Shown: positions 19,210 to 29,641, counted from the first letter of the stretch. The stretch is DNA of 64,000 bases from an uncultured delta proteobacterium (GCA_963706575.1 CAVPNL010000004.1:384001-448000), one strand, 5' to 3'. The notes: a model not told the origin generated them from the letters alone. Program-made: numbers and translations.

Positions 19210-20676
19210 TTAGCGCTGATCCCACATCTGTCCGCGTTCTCTTACCGCTTTAAGGACGACGTTTTTGATATTCGCATACCAGGGCTCGAAATTCAAATGA
19301 GCCACAATGCGTTTATCTTTGGCCTTGAGATTAAACATGCACATGGGAACAGGCTCTTCGATCATGTTGTCGATACCAAACATCTCCTTACCGCTCATAT
19401 GCCCCGGGCCAAGGATGGTGGGAAACGACGGCAGCTTCCTCAGGGCAGCCAATATGGCATCGTTGGTAGGCCACTTGCCCGGCGTGTCTTTACCGGCAAC
19501 CTGGGCGCCGATGCACCATGGTATCAGCCAGATCATGTGATCCCAATCGATGCCGGTCATGCGGCGTTTAACGTCTTCAGGAGCCCCCGGACCATATCTT
19601 TGGTTCCACACATCGGTAAATGACTTCTGCCAAGATGTTTCACCCCACCAGGGATCATCCATCAAGGGGAAGCTGTCGATGCCGAATTGAGCAGCGGCAT
19701 AGTCTGCCGGGATCTTGGTGAGGTTGGTTTCCCAGTCGGCATAGTTCTGAACAACCACACCCTTATATCCCTGCAGGTACAACTGCTCCCACATCATGGT
19801 TTGGTATTCGGGCCAGGCCTCACACAGGCTGATAACATCAGGTTTGCTCGCCATTACGGCGGTGATTACCGGGGCGAAGTCGGTTTGGTCAACGGCGAAG
19901 AACTCCTCGTAGACGATATCAAACCCCATGGCCTTGGCGGCGCCGATCTCCCATGCGCCAACCTGGCGGGACATGATGCAGTCCTGAGTGGTTAACGCAT
20001 ATTTCAACGGTCTTCCCAGCTCCTTTTCACTGGGCAAAACCATCCTGGCTATCAGGGCATTGAACATGTTGCACTGAGGGGTTATATCTCCGCCGGCGAC
20101 GACGTATGGCTTCTTCGGATCGCAGTCGGTGGGGACCAGGGAAGCATAGACCACTTTGTGCTTGGTGAGGAAGGGTGCGGTGGAGTTGGCAGCATCACCG
20201 CCAATGGCACTAATGAATTTAACATCATGCTCTAGGACCAATTGGCGGGCACCCTGGAGTGCCTTGGCGGCGTTGGCCTCGTCGTCAAAGGCATGCATCT
20301 TCATCGGATATCTTTTGCCACCGACGAGGAGACCACCGGTCTTATTGACGGCATCAATCCAGATATTATTTCCGGTAAGTCCAGGAAGTCCCCACCCGGC
20401 ATCAGGTCCTGACAGCGCGCAGAGGAAGCCGACGTTAATCGCCTCCCCTTTGGGGTACTTTTTTCCTATCTGCTGATCAGGCAGGTGGCTTAAGATAACC
20501 ATTTCGTCTTCGGAAAGCCCGGCGGGCGCAGATGCCGCTACTGAGGGTAACGCTAGTGCCAAGCCTGACGCGGGCCCGGCAACACCCAAAAGTTTTAAAA
20601 ATTCCCTCCTTCCAATTTTTCCTTTCATATATTGTTTATGCAGCCTATCCAATTTGTCTTGCGGATCATGCTTCAT
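19210..20676 (-). CDS. Liv-type ABC substrate-binding protein with Tat signal
   Basis: GRREFLK twin-arginine motif; VGFLCALSGP, VNKTGG, DFAPVIT. Confidence 0.8.
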   Translation of the reverse strand: MKHDPQDKLDRLHKQYMKGKIGRREFLKLLGVAGPASGLALALPSVAASAPAGLSEDEMVILSHLPDQQIGKKYPKGEAINVGFLCALSGPDAGWGLPGLTGNNIWIDAVNKTGGLLVGGKRYPMKMHAFDDEANAAKALQGARQLVLEHDVKFISAIGGDAANSTAPFLTKHKVVYASLVPTDCDPKKPYVVAGGDITPQCNMFNALIARMVLPSEKELGRPLKYALTTQDCIMSRQVGAWEIGAAKAMGFDIVYEEFFAVDQTDFAPVITAVMASKPDVISLCEAWPEYQTMMWEQLYLQGYKGVVVQNYADWETNLTKIPADYAAAQFGIDSFPLMDDPWWGETSWQKSFTDVWNQRYGPGAPEDVKRRMTGIDWDHMIWLIPWCIGAQVAGKDTPGKWPTNDAILAALRKLPSFPTILGPGHMSGKEMFGIDNMIEEPVPMCMFNLKAKDKRIVAHLNFEPWYANIKNVVLKAVRERGQMWDQR

Positions 20677-21145
20677 ACTTTACCTCCTTTCATTATGAGA
20701 TAGTTTTAGACCATTTGGTCTTGGCCCATCATTAAATACAAGGATGCAGTAGACTATGATAATCCATAAATCGAATAGACTATGATCGTAAGCAGTGATG
20801 AAAACCTTGAGCAAACAAAAAAGGTGTGAGACTAGCAACTCCGGCCATGGACCCAAAAGCCTGTTGAGTCTTTGCCATTTTCAAATATCTGAAGAGAGAC
20901 ACATGCTATCCTGAACACGGGGCCATTCGCCGGTAAAAGTCGAAAAGAAAAAACGAAGTAACGTCGTTTTTTGATTCGCAGCACTGCCCACAATGTCCGA
21001 GTCTATCATGCGGTCTTATCAAAGAGGGAAGAAATTCTACCACCTGTTATATCACGCTTTCTGACATGTCAAGATTTTTTGTTTTGATGATGTCTTAATT
21101 CACGGGCCTAAATCATATAAGGTGATTCATTCAGCGACCGATTCG

Positions 21146-23569
21146 CTAACTGAGAATCTTCTTGCGTTGGGGATCATAAAGCGCCCGATTGGGCTCCCGC
21201 CTGGCGGAGAAAATTTCCGTATAGGCCTCTATTTCATAGCCACCGGTATGATCGGCTTCGGCAACGGGGATATATCCGAAGGCTATCGTTTTCCCGACCG
21301 TATAACCGTAGCCGCAGCTGGTGGTCACCCCGATGACCTTGGCGCCACGAATAATCGGTTCGCTGCCGCGAAGCATCACCGGCTCTTTAACATCAAGCGT
21401 AAAGGTGCACAGTTTCCACTTCGGTCCTTGTTCTTTGACTTTGGCCAGCGCATCCCGGCCGAGAAAATCTCCTTTGTTCAAGGCGACGCAAAATCCTATT
21501 CCGGCGTCATAAGGGGTGTACTCAGGAGTCAGTTCGGCGCCCCAGAGGCAATAGCCTTTTTCAAAATGCAGGGAGTTGATGGCCCGGTAGCCGGCATTGG
21601 CAACACCCAGCTCCTGTCCGGCATCCCAGAGGCTCTCGTAAACATCACAGGCAAATTCGGCCGGAACATAAAGCTCGTAGCCCAGTTCACCGACAAAGGT
21701 GACCCGCAAAGCCTTTGTCGGTGCGTATCCCACGGTAATATCCCTGGATTTGCCGAATCTGAATTTTTCGTTGCTTATATCTTCCCGCGTAATTTTTTCC
21801 AAAAGCTTGCGAGAATTGGGTCCAATAACATTGATGACCGCCAGCGCAGATGTCACATCGCGGAATTTAACCGATCCGTCTGCGGGCATATGCCGTTTGA
21901 TCCACTGAGAATCATGCAGACCGAGGGCCGTTCCAGTAACCAGTAAAAATCGGTCCTCAGCCATGCGTGCGATGGTGATATCCGCTTCAATCGTTCCGCG
22001 TGCATTACACAGCTGGGTGTAGGTGACACTGCCAACCGGTTTATCGATGTTGTTGGCTGCCAGCCAGTTTAAAAACGACAGTGCCCCGGGCCCTTCGATT
22101 TCAAATTTGTTAAACGATGATTGATCAATCAGAACGACATTTTCACGCGCCGATTTGTGCTCGTTGCCGACATGTTCAAACCAGTTGGGGATTCCAAATG
22201 TCAGCTCGTCTTGGGGTTCAACACCATCGGGCGCAAACCAGTTCGGCCGCTCCCAGCCGTATTTGGCGCCGAATACCGCGCCCTTTTCTTTTAGCAGGAA
22301 ATACAGCGGGCTGCGCCGGATACCCCTGGCAGAATGATGCTCCTCACCGGGCCAGTGAATGGTGTAATGCTTACCGTAAATTTCCCGTGTCCTTTCGACA
22401 TTATAGGCCCGGCTTTTGTGGTAGGGACCAAACCGTCGGATATCCAGTGGCCAGATGTCCAGGCTCGGCTCTCCCTCGATAATCCACTCGGCCATCATAC
22501 GACCGGCACCCCCACCGGCGGCAATTCCGAAAGCATTGAATCCCACCGCGACGAATACGTTTTCCAGCTCCGGCGCCGGCCCCATGATCGCATCGCCATC
22601 CGGCGTAAAGGCCTCCGGGCCGTTGATTAATTTGGAAATACCGGCCTTTTTAAGGCAGGGTGTGCGGTCCATGGCCGGTTGGGAAAGCTGCATAAAGTGA
22701 TCATGATCGGAATTCAGCAGCTTTGATGTAAAATCATTCGGCACCCCGTCAACGGCCCAGGGGATGCCGTTTCTTTCATACCCCCCCATCACCAATCCGC
22801 CAACTTCTTCCTTATAGTAGAGCAAATTGTCTTTGTCGCGAATGGTCGGCAAATCTTTCGGTATGCCCTCAATCGGGTCGGTAACCATATATTGATGTTG
22901 AAACGGCACAACGGGCGTATTGACCCCCAGCATCTCGCCGATCTGGTAGCCCCACATGCCGGTGCAATTGACAAGGATTTCACACTGAATATCGCCTTTA
23001 TTGGTTTTCGCGGCTGAAACTCGATTTCTGCCGAATTCAAATCCGGTCACCAATGTATCGCGATATATTTTGGCGCCTTGATTACGCGCGCCCCTGGCTA
23101 AAGCCTGGGTAATGCCGGCGGGATCGGCCTGGCCATCTGTCGGCATAAATGCCGCTCCGATGATGCCGTCCAGGGAAAGAATCGGACAGAGGTCATAGGC
23201 TTCCTTGGGGGTAATCATGTGCATTTCCAGCCCGAAGCTGCGGGCAGTGGTGGCACCGCGCTTGAGCTCAAGCATGCGTTCAGGGGTGCTGGCCAGGTGC
23301 AGACAGCCACTTTTCTTCCAGCCGGTGGCCAGGCCGGTTTCCGCTTCGAGTTGTTCGTACAGGCTGACACTGTATTGCAGCATGCGGGTAATGTTCCGTT
23401 CGGAACGCAGCTGACCCACCAAGCCGGCCGCATGCCACGTAGAGCCGCTGGTTAGTTCTCCCTTTTCTATAATGACGACATCTTTCCAGCCCATCTTAGT
23501 GAGGTGGTAGGCTGTGCTGCAGCCGATGATACCGCCGCCGATTATCACGACCTGTGCACTGTCTTTCAT
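21146..23569 (-). CDS. GcvT-family FAD/THF-dependent amine dehydrogenase (dimethylglycine/sarcosine dehydrogenase-like)
   Basis: GGGIIG, GSTWHAAG (covalent-FAD His), NGPEAFTPD, GWERP, GELGYELY; 807 aa. Confidence 0.9.
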   Translation of the reverse strand: MKDSAQVVIIGGGIIGCSTAYHLTKMGWKDVVIIEKGELTSGSTWHAAGLVGQLRSERNITRMLQYSVSLYEQLEAETGLATGWKKSGCLHLASTPERMLELKRGATTARSFGLEMHMITPKEAYDLCPILSLDGIIGAAFMPTDGQADPAGITQALARGARNQGAKIYRDTLVTGFEFGRNRVSAAKTNKGDIQCEILVNCTGMWGYQIGEMLGVNTPVVPFQHQYMVTDPIEGIPKDLPTIRDKDNLLYYKEEVGGLVMGGYERNGIPWAVDGVPNDFTSKLLNSDHDHFMQLSQPAMDRTPCLKKAGISKLINGPEAFTPDGDAIMGPAPELENVFVAVGFNAFGIAAGGGAGRMMAEWIIEGEPSLDIWPLDIRRFGPYHKSRAYNVERTREIYGKHYTIHWPGEEHHSARGIRRSPLYFLLKEKGAVFGAKYGWERPNWFAPDGVEPQDELTFGIPNWFEHVGNEHKSARENVVLIDQSSFNKFEIEGPGALSFLNWLAANNIDKPVGSVTYTQLCNARGTIEADITIARMAEDRFLLVTGTALGLHDSQWIKRHMPADGSVKFRDVTSALAVINVIGPNSRKLLEKITREDISNEKFRFGKSRDITVGYAPTKALRVTFVGELGYELYVPAEFACDVYESLWDAGQELGVANAGYRAINSLHFEKGYCLWGAELTPEYTPYDAGIGFCVALNKGDFLGRDALAKVKEQGPKWKLCTFTLDVKEPVMLRGSEPIIRGAKVIGVTTSCGYGYTVGKTIAFGYIPVAEADHTGGYEIEAYTEIFSARREPNRALYDPQRKKILS

Positions 23570-23628
23570 AACGCTATTCCTTTGTTGTTACCGGGCAATC
23601 ACTTTAATCCATGTAAACCACGAGTCGC

Positions 23629-23728
23629 ATCCGCAGATTCCGCAGATTAACGCAGATTATTTATAGGTTCACAGCAGCACTAACTGAAATTCTTATCTAA
23701 ATCTGTGAAATCTGCGTAATCTGCGGAT
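23629..23728. repeat. 9-10-nt tandem-repeat hairpin (CGCAGATT)n / (AATCTGCG)n
   Basis: atccgcagattccgcagattaacgcagatt ... aatctgtgaaatctgcgtaatctgcggat. Confidence 0.8.
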
Positions 23729-23740
23729 TTAAATTGTTTG

Positions 23741-24829
23741 TTAGCCAAAGTATTCCCGGATGAATTTAAGAAAGCGTTCGTTCTCTTCATCGGTCCCGGG
23801 TGTTACCCTGAAATAGCCGGTTTTGCCGTGGATTTCTCCGATCTTTTTCAGATAGATTTTATCTTCACGGCCGGCATTTAGGATCTCTTCGGTGGTTTTT
23901 CCGGTCATGCTGCCGTCGATTAGCATGTAATTGCCATTCGCCGGGTACGGCTTAAGACCCAGTTTCTTGAGCTCTTCCGTAAAAATAGCCATCCAGCGGT
24001 TGTTGTGCTCCACCTTGGCCTTGACTTCCTCCGGGTTGTCGATGATCGCTTCGGCGGCAGCCGCAGACATGCGGCTCACGTTCCAGGGTAAAAACATCCG
24101 ATTGAAGGCCGCAATCATCTCTTCGGTGCCCAATACAAATCCGAAGCGGACGCCCGCAAATCCATAGGCCTTGGAAAAAGTCACCGACAAAAATACCTGG
24201 GGATACTCCTTGATCAGCGATGCTTTCGAGGGACGGTCCTGGTTGTAATCCAGATAGGCTTCATCCACACACAACGGTACCCCGGTCTCGCAAAACCGAA
24301 TCAGATCCGCATCGTCGATAAATACACCGGTGGGGTTGTTGGGGTTGATTATCAATATCAGTTTCGTGCGCTCGTTGATCGCATTGAGCATCCCATCCAC
24401 ATCATACTGCAGGTCTTCTTCCCTGACCGGAACCTGAACCACCTTCGCATTGCAAAGCTCCGCCCTTGGCGGAAACAACTCAAATGTCGGCGTCGACAGC
24501 AGAAATTCATCTCCCGGCTGCAAAAATATCCGCATCATCGCGTCGATGGTCTCCGATGATCCGTTGCACAGCGTCACATTGTCCGGCCCCAGATCGTACA
24601 TGGCTCCGATTTTTGTTCGCAACTTCAAAAAACTGTCCGGATACCAGTTGCCGTGCCGAAGGGATTCAACCACCGCCTCGATGACCTTTTCCGAAGGACC
24701 GATGGGGTTCTCATTGAGCATCAGGCGGGCATAGTCCGGGTTGGCCATTGCCTGGTCCAAAATGCCTACATTGTACTCCCTGGACGTATACAGCCAGGGA
24801 ACGATCCAGTCTTTAAGTTCTTTTTTCAT
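23741..24829 (-). CDS. HisC/CobD-like PLP-dependent aminotransferase (class I/II)
   Basis: NENP, NGSSE, NPNNPTG, VDEAY, TFSKAYGFAGVRFG. Confidence 0.85.
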   Translation of the reverse strand: MKKELKDWIVPWLYTSREYNVGILDQAMANPDYARLMLNENPIGPSEKVIEAVVESLRHGNWYPDSFLKLRTKIGAMYDLGPDNVTLCNGSSETIDAMMRIFLQPGDEFLLSTPTFELFPPRAELCNAKVVQVPVREEDLQYDVDGMLNAINERTKLILIINPNNPTGVFIDDADLIRFCETGVPLCVDEAYLDYNQDRPSKASLIKEYPQVFLSVTFSKAYGFAGVRFGFVLGTEEMIAAFNRMFLPWNVSRMSAAAAEAIIDNPEEVKAKVEHNNRWMAIFTEELKKLGLKPYPANGNYMLIDGSMTGKTTEEILNAGREDKIYLKKIGEIHGKTGYFRVTPGTDEENERFLKFIREYFG

Positions 24830-24865
24830 TGTTCTCTCCTTTTTACAAATTTACGAAATAAATTT

Positions 24866-25000
24866 AGGTTTGGAGGTTCAGGGTTCAGTTTTCAAAGGTT
24901 CGGAATTTCCGAATTCAGAAGTAGGGCGGGTCTCTGCGCCCGCCGTTCGGAGGTCGGCACGGAGGCCAATCCTACTTGCTGGCACCTGACACCTGAAACC
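24866..25000. repeat. Composite heptamer arms plus GTAG REP doublet (24921-24975), second copy
   Basis: gtagggcgggtctctgcgcccgccgttcggaggtcggcacggaggccaatcctac is nearly identical to 6396-6450; flanked by ggttcag and cacctga repeats. Confidence 0.8.
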
Positions 25001-26115
25001 TATTTTAAAAGCGTATTGATCGGGGTAAGCTTCAGCCCAAAGGCCTCGGCAACCCCTTTATAGGTCACTTTGCCTTTAACCACGTTGGCGCCCAACTTAA
25101 TTTCAGGGTTTTGCTTCATGGCCTTTTTCCAGCCTTTGTTCGCAATTTCCACCGCATAGGGCAGCGTGGCGTTTGTCAACGCCAGGGTAGATGTCTTGGG
25201 TACCGCCCCCGGCATGTTGGCGACGCAATAATGGACGACGCCTTCAACCGTGTAAATGGGCTTGCCATGGGTCGTCGCCTTGGAGGTCTCAAAACACCCG
25301 CCCTGATCAATGGCTACATCCACCAGCACCGCGCCCTTTTTCATCGTTTTCAACATTTCCCGGGTGATCAGCCTGGGTGCTTTGGCTCCCGGGATCAACA
25401 CGGCACCAACAACAACATCCGCCTCCTTGATGAGCCGGCGTACAGTGGTCGGTTTCGACATCAGCAAAAAGCAGTTGGGGGGCATCACATCACTTAAATA
25501 ACGCAACCGCTCCAGATCCATGTCGAGAATATAGACCTTGGCACCCAGACCGCAAGCCATTTTGGCGGCATTGATCCCCACCACGCCGCCACCGATAATG
25601 ACGACCGTCCCCGGGTCGACCCCGGGCACACCGCCCAGTAAAATACCATGACCGCCCTGGGCCATTTCCAGATACTTGGCGCCCTGCTGAATGGCCATGC
25701 GACCGGCCACCTCACTCATGGGAGTGAGCAGCGGCAGAGATCCATCTGTCCTTTGAATGGTTTCATAGGCGATGCTGATAGATCCGCTCTTGATGAGGAC
25801 CCGGGTCAGCTCCTCAGCCGCCGCCAGATGGAGATAGGTAAAAATGATCTGGTCTTTACGGATGAGGTCATATTCGGCCGGCAACGGTTCTTTGACATGC
25901 ATCACCATTTTGGCGCGCTTAAATATTTCTTTGGGGGTGTCTACGATTTCAGCGCCCGCATCCGAATAGACCTTGTTATTAAACCCGCTGCCCCTGCCGG
26001 CATTTTTCTCTACAAGAACCGTATGCCCGTTCTGTCTCATGATCTCTACCCCGGCCGGGGTCATGCACACACGATTTTCTTCAGTCTTGATTTCCTTCAA
26101 AACGCCAACAATCAT
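25000..26115 (-). CDS. ald: Alanine dehydrogenase, copy 1
   Basis: [44 protein letters not shown]. Confidence 0.93.
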   Translation of the reverse strand: MIVGVLKEIKTEENRVCMTPAGVEIMRQNGHTVLVEKNAGRGSGFNNKVYSDAGAEIVDTPKEIFKRAKMVMHVKEPLPAEYDLIRKDQIIFTYLHLAAAEELTRVLIKSGSISIAYETIQRTDGSLPLLTPMSEVAGRMAIQQGAKYLEMAQGGHGILLGGVPGVDPGTVVIIGGGVVGINAAKMACGLGAKVYILDMDLERLRYLSDVMPPNCFLLMSKPTTVRRLIKEADVVVGAVLIPGAKAPRLITREMLKTMKKGAVLVDVAIDQGGCFETSKATTHGKPIYTVEGVVHYCVANMPGAVPKTSTLALTNATLPYAVEIANKGWKKAMKQNPEIKLGANVVKGKVTYKGVAEAFGLKLTPINTLLK

Positions 26116-26139
26116 GATGATCTCCTTCTAATAAATTTG

Positions 26140-26320
26140 TGTTCCGAGGTTCAGGGTTCAGGGTTCAAAGGTTTGGTATCTGGCAACCACATCTGGCTAA
26201 TGGCTGCTGGTCACTGGTTTCTGGCCAGAAGTAAGAAGCGAGAAGCCAGCGGCCAAAACACCGACCTCTGTCTTCTGTAATCTAACCTCTGAACCTTTGA
26301 ACGCAGAACCATTGAACCCC
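26140..26320. repeat. Nested heptamer hairpins: outer GGTTCAG/TGAACC, inner CTGGnnn/GAAGnnA
   Basis: ggttcagggttcagggttcaaagg..ctggtcactggtttctggccagaagtaagaagcgagaagccag..aacctctgaacctttgaacgcagaaccattgaacc. Confidence 0.75.
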
Positions 26321-27441
26321 TATTTAAGAAGCTTATTAATCGGCTCATACTTAAGGCCAAAAGCCTCGGCGACCCCCTTATAGGTCACCTTGCCTTCGAT
26401 CACATTGGCCCCGGCTTTAATTTCAGGATTTTGCTGCATCGCCTTTTTCCAGCCTTTACTCGCTATCTCTTCCGCATACGGCAGGGTCGCATTATTCAAG
26501 GCCAGGGTAGAAGTCCTGGGCAAGGCGCCGGGCATATTGCTGACGGCATAATGCACGATGCCGTCTATTTTGTAAATCGGATCAGCATGGGTCGTCTCCT
26601 TCGAAGTCTCAAAGCAGCCGCCCTGATCAATGGAAACGTCCACCAGGACCGCACCTTTTTTCATCGTACCGAGCATTTCCCGGGTCACCAGTGTCGGGGT
26701 CTTGCTGCCCGGAACGAGCACGGCCCCCACCACCAGGTCCGCTTTGGGCAGGATATCACGGATGGCGGCCGGACTGGACATCAGGGTGACGCATTGACCG
26801 GTCATCACATCGCTCAAATAGCGCAGCCGGTCAAGGTCGATATCAAGAATGTAGACTTTGGCTCCCAGTCCGCTGGCCATTTTGGCGGCGTTGATGCCCA
26901 CCGCCCCGCCACCGATAATGACGACGGTGGCCGGATCAACTCCGGGCACCCCCCCCAATAAAACCCCGTGGCCGCCCTGCGCCATTTCCAGGTATTTGGC
27001 TCCCTGTTGAATCGCCATGGGACCGGCCACTTCACTCATGGGGGTCAGCAGCGGCAAGGACCCGTCAGCCTTTTGAATGGTTTCATAGGCAATCGATACC
27101 GCCTTGCGTTTAATCAGCGCGCGAGCTAAATTTTCCGATGCCGCCAGATGCAGATAGGAAAAATAAATCTGGCCCTTACGAATCAACTCAAACTCAAAGG
27201 GCTGGGGTTCCTTAACCCGCATGATCATTTTGGCCCGTTTAAAAATATCTCTGGCTGAATCAACGATTTCGGCCCCGGCTTTCTGATAGGTAGCGTTGCC
27301 GAATCCACTGGCCTTGCCGGCATTTTTCTCGACAAGGATCTTATGTCCATGCTGCCGCATGAATTCAACTCCCCCCGGACTCATACACACACGATTTTCT
27401 TCAGCCTTGATCTCTTTTAGAATTCCAACAATCATTTTCAT
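26320..27441 (-). CDS. ald: Alanine dehydrogenase, copy 2
   Basis: Same motif set as copy 1 (VKEP, YLHLA, DVSIDQGG, NMPG); SEVAGP instead of SEVAGR. Confidence 0.9.
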   Translation of the reverse strand: MKMIVGILKEIKAEENRVCMSPGGVEFMRQHGHKILVEKNAGKASGFGNATYQKAGAEIVDSARDIFKRAKMIMRVKEPQPFEFELIRKGQIYFSYLHLAASENLARALIKRKAVSIAYETIQKADGSLPLLTPMSEVAGPMAIQQGAKYLEMAQGGHGVLLGGVPGVDPATVVIIGGGAVGINAAKMASGLGAKVYILDIDLDRLRYLSDVMTGQCVTLMSSPAAIRDILPKADLVVGAVLVPGSKTPTLVTREMLGTMKKGAVLVDVSIDQGGCFETSKETTHADPIYKIDGIVHYAVSNMPGALPRTSTLALNNATLPYAEEIASKGWKKAMQQNPEIKAGANVIEGKVTYKGVAEAFGLKYEPINKLLK

Positions 27442-27522
27442 TTCCTTTCTGAAAAAGGACCATTCATAAAGGCCGGCTGCTCATCAGCACCTTTTAAAGC
27501 GCTTGTCAGGTTATCTTTGAAA

Positions 27523-28725
27523 TCAGGCTTCAAGACATTTGCCTGCAAATGCCACCATTTCCTCGGTTGCATTGGAGAACTGCTCAGCGGTTTTCTCAAG
27601 TGCCGGATGCGTGTTGTATTCATCCCGCGAATAGCCATCCGCGGAACAGCCTCTTTCAAAATAGGGAACCCGCATGAGTTTATCCATTAGATCCTTGGGG
27701 ATATCTTCCAGGATACGATCTTTTTCAAAACTGATTTTTTCGATACCGGGCAGGAAAAGAACCTTATCGATAAAGCTGGGCGGGCAGGTCACAACGACGT
27801 CTGCACCGCTTTTTTCTTCCATATGCCAGATACGATTTTGGCCGTCAACGGTCGGGCCAACGATCAGTGAGCAGGACAGCATCTTGCTCGGCAGATCATT
27901 ATCCTTCAAATACTTGTAAGCCTTTTTGAAAACCGCCAGTTCAGCCAGTCGAATTTCACCGTCGGACAGCTCGATCCCCTTTTCAGCGGCAAAGTCTTTT
28001 AAACCACCGAGGTTACCAAATCGGCCTTCCATGTGGGTAATAACCGAGCGCCACTTACTCAAATCCACCCCGTTTTTCCGGGCGGTTTCAAGCCCCCTTT
28101 TGACAGTGTCGGCACAATCCACCAGCTGGGGCAAAACAAAGGTCAGGGTGTTGTTGGTGGGAATCCCTTTGGCTGTCAGGTATTCAATGACTTCGTAGCC
28201 CTGCTTGGAACCGGGAATCTTGATCATGACGTTGGGGTTAATCGCCGCTATTTCTTCGGCCTGACGGATCATGGCATCCTTATCAAACACGCTGCGCGGA
28301 TCCACCTGCCCCGAAAGAAAGCCTTCCTTGTAATTGCTGGCTTCAAATAACGGCAGATACATATCCGAGCCGCGTTTTACAACCGTCTTGTATAGCTCCC
28401 AGAAAAGCGCCTCTTTATCGAAATCCGGATTCTCAGCCAGAATGTCTTTCGCCACCTTTTCCCAGTAGGCGGGATCATCCTGAATGGCCTGCAGCGAAAG
28501 GGGTGGATTGGTGGTGACGCCCCTGAACAGTTGACTCATCGGATTGTCCCGGTCATACATTCGATTGAATTGCGTCTTTAATAAATCGCGGTCATTGGCA
28601 TCCGCCTTTTCCAATATTTTTTTGCACCAGTTTTCGAAAATAACAGGAGACGAATCCCACCAGATCTCCATACCCGGGCTGATGTCGACCAGCCTTTCAA
28701 AAAAATTTCTTTCTTCCATTGTCAT
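27523..28725 (-). CDS. Transaldolase/FSA-family class I aldolase (atypical)
   Basis: WWDS, GVTTNP, SGQVDPR, NVMIKIP (Schiff-base Lys), NNTLTF. Confidence 0.85.
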   Translation of the reverse strand: MTMEERNFFERLVDISPGMEIWWDSSPVIFENWCKKILEKADANDRDLLKTQFNRMYDRDNPMSQLFRGVTTNPPLSLQAIQDDPAYWEKVAKDILAENPDFDKEALFWELYKTVVKRGSDMYLPLFEASNYKEGFLSGQVDPRSVFDKDAMIRQAEEIAAINPNVMIKIPGSKQGYEVIEYLTAKGIPTNNTLTFVLPQLVDCADTVKRGLETARKNGVDLSKWRSVITHMEGRFGNLGGLKDFAAEKGIELSDGEIRLAELAVFKKAYKYLKDNDLPSKMLSCSLIVGPTVDGQNRIWHMEEKSGADVVVTCPPSFIDKVLFLPGIEKISFEKDRILEDIPKDLMDKLMRVPYFERGCSADGYSRDEYNTHPALEKTAEQFSNATEEMVAFAGKCLEA

Positions 28726-28757
28726 TCCTCCGAAAATGAGTGTTTGGTGTTTGGTGT

Positions 28758-29531
28758 CTAGTGTTTGGTGTTCAAGGTTTCAGAACTTGAGTGATATCTC
28801 CCCAGTTCAATTTCAAGCTTATATTTATCCCCCCTGTGATAGGAGTAAAGCAGTTCTATGGGAATGCTGTTTTCATCGAAGGTGAGGCTTTCGATAAAAA
28901 TGCCGGCGGAATTTTGGGGCAACTCCAAAATCGATGCGATGTTTTGGTTCAAATTCACCGCGCTGATGGTCTGTTTACAACGGGCAAGGGAGACCTTGAA
29001 GTGTTCGGTCATGATTTTGTACATCGAACCGATCAGGTTCATCTCCTGGATGCCGTCAAATATGTCGCTGGGCAGGTAACTTTCTTCATAGACATAGGGC
29101 GTGCCGTCACCAATTCTCACCCGTTGCACATGAATCACTTTTTTGTTGGAACCTAAAAATAAAACTTTGGCAATTTCATCTCCAGCCTGCTCAACCCGTT
29201 TTTCCAGAACCCGGGTACTTTGCGCGATGCCGCTGTCCTGCATCAAATCGGTGGTACTTGAAATGTGCTCGAGTTTATGCCTTAATTCGGCAGGCGTCGG
29301 CGCGGACACAAATGTGCCGGTCCCCTTCTCTTTGCGCAGCAGCCCCTTGGCGGTTAATTCCGCAATGGCCTGTCTGACCGTTGTGCGGGTAACATCACAC
29401 ATCCTGGCCAGTTCAACTTCGGATGGAAGCTGCTCACCCTTCTGGTATCTGCCGGTCTCAATGAGCTCGTTTAACCAGGCGCTGATCTGAATGTATTTGG
29501 GAATTGGGTTGGATGTGTCAACAATTTTCAT
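28758..29531 (-). CDS. GntR/HutC-family transcriptional regulator (wHTH + UTRA)
   Basis: PKYIQI, LPSEVELA, VTRTTVRQA, GTGTFV; C-terminal UTRA ending YHRGDKY. Confidence 0.92.
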   Translation of the reverse strand: MKIVDTSNPIPKYIQISAWLNELIETGRYQKGEQLPSEVELARMCDVTRTTVRQAIAELTAKGLLRKEKGTGTFVSAPTPAELRHKLEHISSTTDLMQDSGIAQSTRVLEKRVEQAGDEIAKVLFLGSNKKVIHVQRVRIGDGTPYVYEESYLPSDIFDGIQEMNLIGSMYKIMTEHFKVSLARCKQTISAVNLNQNIASILELPQNSAGIFIESLTFDENSIPIELLYSYHRGDKYKLEIELGRYHSSSETLNTKH

Positions 29532-29641
29532 CGGGTCATCCTTTTTAATCGGCGCAGCTCATGTCGGTAGAAACCCAAAAAAAGGAATGCGCGCTCTCGC
29601 AGCACCCAAGATGCTGTTTTCACTTATGCAGTGCTTATAAA

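Noticed and set aside
23741..24829. Calling this gene hisC or cobD
   Set aside because: No histidine or cobalamin genes are nearby and the context is catabolic, so only the family is supported.
6372..26320. Short repeats as a possible CRISPR array
   Set aside because: Units are 7-10 nt without unique spacers of constant length, and no cas genes are present.
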